A stretch of 64,000 bases of DNA from Paramecium tetraurelia (taxonomy: Eukaryota), in NCBI GenBank assembly GCA_000165425.1, contig CT868085.1:62001-126000 (forward strand), written 5' to 3'. The translations under genes were made by a program, and so were the position numbers. The notes beneath the pieces are model-generated. The model was not told where the DNA came from and did no database searches. It saw only the letters and a program-made list of their open reading frames with translations. Position 1 is the first letter of the stretch. The number at the start of each line of letters is the position of its first letter. Shown one piece after another: positions 54,631 through 64,000 of this stretch.

Positions 54631-57218
54631 ATGCAAACTGAAGTTGCTCCCTGTTCATAAGGTAAAATGTTCTCCAAATGTAGATCAAAATTAAAAGGAC
54701 ACTCTAATGAAGATGGATAATTAAATAAATGAAGAAGACAATTAGAACCAAAATGAAGCTATGGATATTGAGAACAATCATTTCAATTAATAAAATTAGA
54801 GTAAAAATTGCAAATATCCTTTCATAGGAAAAAGAAAACAAATTATTGTTTAAACATAGCCATCTCTGATTCTTAATGAAAAAAGGCAAAGAAAACCACC
54901 TTCAACAGCATATGCATATAGAGATCCATCCCCATAAAAAATTGTGGAAAAAAAAAAACCTTAAAAATACTAAATAAGTTCTAGGATGGACGAAATTTGT
55001 ACAAATATAGCAAAATGGGAGTAGTTTTAGAAAGGTCTAAACAACCTAGGATATCCTAGTATCGTCTTAGATGAAGAAAAGATTTACGATTTATTAAAGG
55101 ATTACGATTAGAAAGATGAAGCTGGTAAAGAATACTTATTAAAAATGCTTCTAAGAATTGTTGGAGAAGCTATGTGTTTTAATAATAAAAATGAGATTAA
55201 TACACAAATAAAGAATAAAATTGAATCGATCACTTAGAGCAAGAACATTATCATAAATTGGACCTTGTAAAAGTGGGAGGAACAGATTAAGTCTTTCTTA
55301 GAGATTAAGGCTGAATTAAGCGAGGAAATCCAGTTTGCATAGCATTTTGATTTTTAAGCATTGTAAACTATTATCGGAAATAATCTGCCTAATTATATAG
55401 AGGAAGCAAAATTCAATGTTACATTAATTGCATTGAAATCAAAACAAATTGATGATTTAAAAAAAGTATGCGATTTGAATGAGTTGAAAAATGTAAGATT
55501 AATAAGAGAGTATTTGATTACTTTAAATCACAGAGTAGATTCACTCAAGAAAATTAAAGAGAAAATAAATGCTATAAAAAAATATGAAGATGAAAATGAG
55601 ATTATAGAATCATATAATCAATTGGATTCAAAGATACTAGAATTTAAAAATACTCCCATTAAGTTTCTTTAGAAAACAGAAGTAAAGGTGAAACCACCTA
55701 CTACACAACCTAAATAAAAATCAAAACCTTAAAACCTTGAAAAAATAGAAAATAACTTAAGTAATGAAAATGAATAAATAAATTCATAAGGAAACGTTTA
55801 AACTGAATCAAATCAACCAACAGAATAAAAAATAAATGAAAATAAATCAAATAAAAAGAAAGAGAAAGAATAATAGAAATAGGAGAAGGTTGCTAAAGGA
55901 GCACTTGATAAATATAAATTTAAGAAGCTAGAAATATAAGAAATTCAAAATTAAAATCCAAAATTAGAAACATAGAATAATTAGTTTGAGTCAGTCACTT
56001 CTCCAAGAGATAATAATTAATAAACATCAGGAAAAGATGTTTAATTATAAGATACAAATGAAACTCAATAAAATCGTTAAACTTCTCAATAGCCATAGTA
56101 ATAATAATAACCATAACCACAAATTACAGGAAAAAATCTTAAGCATTTCTTTTTTGAAAAGAAATAATAAGTAGTTCAAAAATAAGATGAATATTAAAGA
56201 AAACAATTAACACCTAATAGGATGGAATAATTCGAAGCCTTGATTGAAAAAATGTCTAATATGTAATTGTAAGAAGAAAAGGTATAAGTATCCTTAAACG
56301 ATTATAACTCTGATGAGATTGAAATTTAAGAAACAAAACCTTAATAAGTAAGGATTAGAAAAATTCACATTTACATAGCAGATTCAGATAAAGAATTCAA
56401 TGGACATTAGTTTGTATAATTAAGTCAAGTCATCAGACCAAGAGCTCCTTTCTAATTAGGTATATTTATAAAATGAATATTTAGATGATGAAATCGATTA
56501 TGATAAAGACTCCTTAGATGAAGTAGAGGAAATTTTAGCAGAAAATCTATCAGATATCAATGACTCTGATGAGGATTAAAGTGAGGAGAGTGAATAGAAG
56601 GATAGTTTTCTAGTAGATGATAATCATCTATCTTAAGATGAGGTCGAGGATCCTGAAGAAATGTTAAATAATAAATGTATTGCAAATAACACACAAGTTC
56701 AAAATGGAATAGTATACATTAAATTCTCTTAAATTGAGCCCGTCTTCTTTGAAAATTATAAAGCTTAATACATTCCTTAATATTTTGCAAACTAGCAATT
56801 AAAAGAGTAGACTCATGGAAATACTCTATAATCTATTTTAACTTAACAAGGAAATAACACTAAAATAACATAAATTCCAAAGGCAAAAATGAATTTTAGC
56901 AATAACAATTAGAAAAAACAAAATAAACCTAAAAAACCAAAAGCCACCCCTAACCCTACTACTGATTCATAAAATTAAACTACTTCTCTATAAACATAAA
57001 AATTGCAATCAAGCAGCAAAACATAAGTGGAAAAAAGTGCAACTAAATAAAAATCTTAGACTAAAGTCGATAATAAAGTTGATGAAGAGAAAATACAATA
57101 AAAGGTTGAGGATAATAATAAATGTGAATAAGAAAAGAGAGTGGACCAGCAAAAAGAATAAGACAATGAATAGAATCAAAAATTGTAATAAAACTTTATT
57201 GATGAAAACTTATAATGA
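54631..57218 (+). CDS. Chromatin assembly factor 1 large subunit (p150/CHAF1A)-like protein
   Basis: IRPRAPFQL|DDEIDYDKDSLDEVEE..NLSD..DSFLVDDNHLSQDE matches the CAF1A acidic domain; PIP-like NLKHFF upstream. Introns ~54662-54683 and ~56460-56484. Confidence 0.7.
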
Positions 57219-57570
57219 TTAATCTATGAACATTTATATTGTATAATCAATTTCAATTATTTGATATAATGCATGTATATCTTTTCACTAACAATGGTAA
57301 AGCATAGGTGAAATAAAGACATTATATATACATTACCCATAAGCAAAGCTATTCCCATCCTTCTGAAGTTCTATTCATAACCTTATTAATCCTTTTTAGT
57401 CTTTTTTTGATTCATAATTTGGAAAATAACATCCACAACAAAGAACATAAATCCTATATATTATGGAGTAAAATTTCAGACCTCCAGTCACTGATTAGTT
57501 CTATAGAGGGTATTTATGAAAAGAATTACATGATTTAATTAAATAATTAACTGCTAAAATGAATTATATG

Positions 57571-58146
57571 TCAGAATGTTCTTTTGACCATGATGTTATA
57601 AAAGTCTTCTCTTGAGATATCTCTACCATTAGAGGCAGCTCTCTCTAACATTTCAGCCAATTCCTCTGCTGTCATAGTTTCTCCCAATTCTTTGGATACC
57701 TAATTATGATTAATTTAAAATGATACTCTTTTCAAGTTATTCAAATTAATTGAGTTGCTTCCATCATCATCAAACAAATCAAATATTTTATTGATTCCAT
57801 CTCTAGATTCTCTATTTCCTAGTTTTGATGTTATGGCATCCAAGAATTAATCAAAATCGATATCAGTTCCTTCATTTTCTAATTCGGCAATCATATTGAA
57901 AATTGTGGGATTCTTTTAATCAAATCCCAAACTCTACATGGCAGCCTTCAATTCTCTGGGGTCAACTCTTCCTGTGCCTTCTGTATCAAATAAGTTGAAG
58001 GCTTCTTTTATCTCCTCAATCTCGTCTTCTGTCAATCCTGGTCTATTCATAAATGTTTAATTTTACCTGTCTTAAGGCTTTCTATTGACTTATTATTATT
58101 TGCCAACAGGTTTTTATGCTACTGGTGCTTATTGTTTTTTGCTCAT
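57571..58146 (-). CDS. Centrin, ICL1e-type (infraciliary lattice) subfamily
   Basis: [64 protein letters not shown]..; EF-hands; introns 58043-58066 and 57700-57726. The exact paralog cannot be named. Confidence 0.93.
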
Positions 58147-58573
58147 TAAAGTTTGAAATTTGAAAAATAATTAATATATAAATCAACCAAAAATATCATT
58201 TATATAATAGCCAACTTTGTATATACTCAATTCCATCATACAAAGAACCTTAAATATTTTATCATAATATTTAATAATTCTTCATCTCTAAATGATTTTA
58301 ATTAAAAGCTGATAATATTTTAAGTGCACTTAAGTATGAAGATCCAAAAGTGGTCAAATTTTTTTTTGATTTGAGATGATCAAGTTTAAATATCAAATAA
58401 TAAGGCTAATATTTAACTTGAAATTGCTCATCCTAATTTGAAAGTTTTGAAAATAATTGGAGTTTAACTTCATAAAAATGGTTGAAAAAGAAATATTAAA
58501 ATATAAAGAACGATGCATCTTTACAGTTTTAAAATAAGGTTTATATATAAATGAAATAAACTTATTAACAAAC

Positions 58574-61500
58574 TCATTCAAAAGGGTTATACATATACCT
58601 ATTCTTTACAATCTTTTAGATTCCAAATGACAATTAATTATACAGATCGTTAATTTCAAAATCCCAGACACTTCCTTTTCCATTTATCTGTTTGGCATCT
58701 AAATATGCTATTAACTAGTACACAAAAAACTACTAGGCTAAAATCCGCCTATGTATGGTAACTCTGATACAATGGTTTTGAATTTACTTGCCTAGGATTC
58801 ATCATCAATTTAATCGAACATGGTCATACTTCCATCCAGAGATGAGATTATTAATTCTACAGATATACATTAATTTTACTATTGGCTATGCTTAACATTC
58901 TGCAAGGATTCATAATCTGGCAATCAGCTATTTTTTTAATTTTAGTCTAGTTAGTTAAAATTATTACTTTGTAGGTTATTGAATATATTTGAATGCTATT
59001 CTCATAATCTAAAAGAACAAGAAGAGGCTTTTAAAATTCATTCTTTAAAAGCTAAATATCCATTACTCTTAAAACACCAAATTCAATTGACCAATCTACT
59101 TTCGGTTGAGAATTGTCCTCTTCAAATTTGCATATCACAACTTTAAATCCCCCATTCAATACAGCTATCCATCTATCAACAACCGATACAGCCTCAATTT
59201 AGATCTATACAAGTTCCCCTCTTAAAGAGTCAGGAGTTAATGAAAAACCAATTGCACTTTATCCAACATGCAAATCAATATATTTTAATTGATCTTACAT
59301 GAACACAAGAGCTAATTTAGGCGGCATTACTACGAAATCACATGGAACAGCCTCTTTGAATAATCTTGATTGTTGCTATTCAGTGATCTTCTAGTATTAA
59401 TCTAACTTTAGAATGTGTAATTTAGTATTTGGATAATCCCTTGTTAACTACGAATTAACGAGTGTCATTATTAAGATGAGGTCCATCCCTTAGAGAAATT
59501 AGACCTTAATAATCTCCTCATTATCCAATTAATCATACTGAGCAAAAGGATCATTCAAATTATCCGACCTATAAACAAACACTTCATTCTTAAGCTAATT
59601 TTAATTAGTTCTCCTATTTTAGGCCTTGTTAATCACTAAAAGATACTCATTTGAATGGAACTATAATTATTTTGAAATTTGTTACACTAAAGCTATGCAT
59701 CATTATTGCAGTGCATCTATCCTTTAATACTGGATTTATTATGATATTGTTACAAGGCAGATTACTTCTCTGTAATTAGGGAAAATAATAACAACTTCCA
59801 GAAAATCCCATGAGGAAAGCACCTAATTAATATAAGAATACTATTTACTTTATTGAACCAATAAGACTTAATCATATTGATCTTCCTATTTGATAAAATG
59901 GATCAAAATTTCGCCTAAGCTTTCAGTTAATGTTAAATTCAACCCTGGAAATATAAACTATTAGAAATTGGAAGGTCCAACATAGTGAAATTTTTAGGAT
60001 TTCAATTAAACATTATTAGATTGATAGGAAAAGATTAACTTAAATATTTTAAGCTAATTAGAGTTGTTTTTGATTTGAGAATATATTGACACTTTTCCAG
60101 ATGATGTTATCAATATTATTGCCATTCCTTTATTTTTATTAAAATTCACTAAGTAAGAATTGATAATGTCTTCATCTTCTGCAGGTGAGCATTTGATTTA
60201 AACTGAAGGACATGTAAATACAGCATTTTGACCTAGGTTCAATTCAGGAATGGTTGATATTGCACACAAATTACCCATAAAGTCATTAGTTATAAACATG
60301 AGCTAGACTTGAATTTGTTATGACTAAAATTTGACTGACAAAATTGATAATTTCTCTTTTTCGATCATGAGTATAAGTATATCATTCTCCTATTAAGCCA
60401 AATCAAATGAGACAATTTCACTAGAGTTTATTTTTTGGCTAATTAATGATTTTTCATTCAAATAAGTAACAATGAGACTTTTTTAATCATCAAATCCAAC
60501 AAAATAACTCATCAATTATTTAACTTAACGAATATCGTACTATCTAGAGAATTGACAAAGTGGATTAGTTTAGATGAACCATAAATATGTATCAAATTGC
60601 ACATAGAAACAATTTGCATTTATAGTACCATTGGAAAATACATCTTAAAATTCAGGTATTTGGATATTATCCACCAATTGAAAATTGCCATCTTTTAAAA
60701 TCTTTGAAAAGGTCAATTATTTATATTCACTAATAAATCCAATATGATTTTCAAAATAAAGAGGAAACTTTTATTCATTTATACCAGTTTTAATTTTTAA
60801 AGATACAGTAGTAATGGCTGGAGTGAGTTCATGTTATAATTTATAGATTTATGATGATGCTGCATTCCCAGATAAAATGTAAAGGGAATTGCCTACAACA
60901 GTAAAATTGAAAATTCTGCTAAAAGTTTGAAACACTCCTAAAGCTTTGAATAATTAATCATTCTCTTCTAATTTGACCTTCTTCGTAAGTGATGGATCAA
61001 GATCTGATATCGATGGCATTCTAACAGCATTCATCTAATTGAGGGTTCCAGATGTTTCAGTCTAAATCCAAATTAAATTATCAGCAATTACAATGTCAAT
61101 TTGTGATATATAGATTGCTTACAATCTTACCATATTCTAAATTTGATTAAAGTCATCAAATCTGATTTCAATAATTTCAACCGAAGTTGGATTGCATAAA
61201 AACAATTGATTATTAACTTAATTTAATTTCATAAATGTAGCAAAACAACTAACTTAGGCAGGGGTCGAAAAATGTGTTTTCCCATTCTTTAAACACAGGA
61301 TCTCATTTTAAGTCAAAGCAAGTATGTCTTCCATTTCTAAAGCAATTATTTGTAGTATAATAAATTTGAACTTATAATTCTACAAACCCTTATCTTTGTA
61401 ATGCATTTTGCAATAAAAAATAGTACTTTCAATATTAGCAATCATCTGATTTTCTCTAAGTGGTTCATATTGTTAGCACATGATGTGTAGAGTATCATCT

Positions 61501-61967
61501 AAACTGGCATCTATTTATTTAATTTCCTAATTCTTTATATTAATGGAATGGGACACAAATTCTTATTTTTAATTTAATTCAAATATCATTATTTCATTTT
61601 GAAATTGTACTATGATACATGATCTATTTTATGATGCTAGTAACAGTGCATCAGAGGTAAAATGTTCAGGTAGAATGACTAATTTATGATCATACGGATA
61701 TTAGGTTGAGATTGCTGAAATTTAACCTTAAACATTTTAGACAACGAGATATTTGTGGTTGAATGAGGATAAAAACACAATTTTCTTAATTTGAGTGAAT
61801 AATTAAATTTTGTCATAAAATTTAATCTCAGAATCTCCCACACCATAGATTTTGATATTTTGTGTATCGTACAATATTAGCTATTTAGATGTGCCATCGT
61901 AAAGTGATTCAATGAGGGCTCCTTGGATTGTAAAACTCTTGAATACTTTTGTTTTCCTCCAATTCAT
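58574..61967 (-). CDS. Large hypothetical beta-propeller-like protein (possibly Lgl/tomosyn-related)
   Basis: MNWRKTKVFKSF.. (alternative in-frame ATG at 62036). Two introns (23 and 26 nt) give a whole number of codons to ..YNPFE-TGA. Beta-rich composition. Confidence 0.6.
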
Positions 61968-62649
61968 CTATTTAATTAATTAATGAAATTATTCAATAAA
62001 TATAATTTTATGTGCCAATTAAGATAAAATAAACATAATTATATTCTTTAAGATAATAAATAAAAATCATTATTCTAATCTAAGGATAAACTTATTAACA
62101 CTCTGCAAATTTAATTTCTATCACTAATCCTAATCATCATTATCTGAATTTCATTTCTCACATTTAATTAATATTTTTGAGATAACTTAAGAGGAATACT
62201 TACATCAAATTAATGAAGTTAAATGTTTAATAATCATATGTTTTAATTGTTAATTACTATTAAATAAGCTCTATTTAAGTGAATGATTATTATAAAGAAG
62301 GATTTGCATATAAATAAAAGTGGTTCCGAATTATAATCTATAGCCAAAAAGATAAAATTTTAAGTATTTGATTAATCTCTTTTAAATTACCTCAAGTGCT
62401 TTGTATTTTAAAATCATAAATTAAGATCACATAAATATAATTGACATATCAATTCATCACAATTTCTACTACTTTTTTATATTTGATTGCACAATTTTCC
62501 ATGCATGGATAGAGAGTGTGATGAATATGAGATGTTTTAATCGCATCTCTATTCTTTAAACAACTCTTATAACAAAGAGAAAATCCTAATGTCTTTATTT
62601 CATCATCATAGTGTTTATTATCCATGAATAATAATTAATTTTATAATAT

Positions 62650-64000
62650 TCACTTTAAACTGAATTAGCACAATTCGCAAAAGTGATTAGAAGAAGACTG
62701 GATGATAGTACATTGAGGACACTAAATCTCTTCATCTAAACTCATTTAATTTAGTTTGTCTGTAGTTTGAGCATCAGCTGCTGTTTACGTTCTAAAATAT
62801 ATGATGAAAATACTATTGCTAAGTTTATTGTTTTTAGTTGTTATTATTATTATTCTCACTGTTAAGAACTACGCTCAAATTGAAATCAAAATTTCCCCAA
62901 TCCATCAAAGGAACGGTTTTCATGATAGTTGTTAAATATTATACACTATATGGAGGAACAATCTTACATACATAGGTAGGAAATCTAAATATTCATAGAC
63001 ACTTACAAGAAATTAATTTGGGAATCAGGATAAAAAATAATTCGAAATGTGACAAGGACAGTTTAATCAGTCTAATTGTTGATCATAAATCGTTTCAACA
63101 ATTGATCGACTTGCATTTATAAATTGCATTCTACATTTTATTATTCTTATTTGTTATCCTGTTCATATTATTGAAATACTTATCTTTATCTTAGAACATT
63201 CTAATTTTAATATGAATTGTTGTTGCTCTATAATTCATTGATAAAGTCATCATTGACTTATTGTTATTCATTATATCCAATTTCATTTGAACAGATATTT
63301 TCATTCCTTTCTTGTAAAATGTTTGCTGGTCTTTAAATACTCTATTAAAAACCTTAATTCTACTAGAAACATTCATCACTATTTAAGATAAAAAATATAT
63401 TGGAGGAGGGCTCAATCTTAGAAGATTAAATAAAAATGTTATCTTTAAGTATTGCCTATGGAAATGCTTTGTTACTAAAGCGATTAGGATTTGATTTTAT
63501 AAAATAAACCAAAGACTCATGGGTTTCCAAGTATACATTATTTACTTGTGTTTCTCTTTAAACTGATCCAGTTTCCAATATGTTGCCTATTATGTAATTT
63601 TGTTGCATAGGATCATATAATCGAAGTTGAGTCATGTGATTGAAATTGGTTTTGAAAATCTCCCATAATTTAACAGTTTACTCAAGTTCTTATTCTCTAT
63701 TGAAGAATATTTGATCTGTCATTGCTGGATATTTGATGCAATCCTGTTTAAATTCATTTAGAAATGTTTCAAACCAATCTGTATATTTAGCATATAGATA
63801 ACTGGGAGGAGGTAAATAGATAATATATGAAAAAACTGCTTTATTTTAATTCATTACGTTTAACAGCATTCTCATCATTTAAATTGCCATATTTAGAAAT
63901 ACTTGACGATTGGAAAATAACTGATTTAATATTGACATAGTTTCATTTTGACATCCAATTTGTGTTAAATAAGTAATACATTATTATGATAAATTAATTG
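62650..64000 (-). CDS. 3' part of a large ubiquitin-specific protease-like protein with C-terminal RanBP2/NZF zinc finger
   Basis: YLPPPSYLYAKYTDWF motif recalled from C-termini of large protist USPs. After two 22-nt introns it ends IQCPQCTIIQSSSNHFCELCQFSLK-TGA. The catalytic domain is not in the window. Confidence 0.6.

Noticed and set aside
57335..57343. ACCCATAAG, a partial USE-like motif
   Set aside because: Imperfect match with no structured RNA evident downstream; it overlaps a probable coding relic. Other ACCCATAA-like hits (e.g. ~60273) lie inside CDSs.
1..64000. IESs, transposons, telomeric repeats, CRISPR arrays, tRNA/rRNA genes
   Set aside because: No C4A2/C3A3 telomere tracts, transposase or RT motifs, regular repeat-spacer arrays or cloverleaf/rRNA signatures were seen. 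Reading frames are restored by introns alone, consistent with macronuclear DNA.

Overview
AT-rich, very gene-dense eukaryotic DNA from a ciliate macronuclear genome, almost certainly Paramecium (aurelia complex). Genes read through TAA/TAG as Gln, stop only at TGA, and carry ~20-32 nt GT..AG introns, which is why the supplied standard-code ORF track is fragmentary. Re-translating by eye gives about 25 protein-coding genes. These include a MORN-repeat protein, Mot1/BTAF1, a PSTTIRE CDK, long-form tRNase Z, an anoctamin, a BRWD/PHIP-like protein, ENTH and cold-shock proteins, leishmanolysin, an LCAT/LPLA2, a ~3,000-aa coiled-coil protein, a CEP350-like protein, PKA-C, a CAF-1 p150-like protein, an ICL1e-type centrin and the 3' end of a large USP. 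There is also a decayed histidine-kinase pseudogene. The best hidden signal is a ~90-nt intergenic RNA gene at ~19835-19926 (+). It has the motif order of vertebrate U8 snoRNA (AUCCUUACCU loop, box C, UGAUUAACG loop, box D) and its own ciliate snRNA-type promoter (AAACCCATAAAA plus a TATA-like box). A second oddity is an interrupted, mitochondrial-presequence-like N-terminal extension upstream of tRNase Z. CDS coordinates span ATG to TGA including introns and were derived manually.
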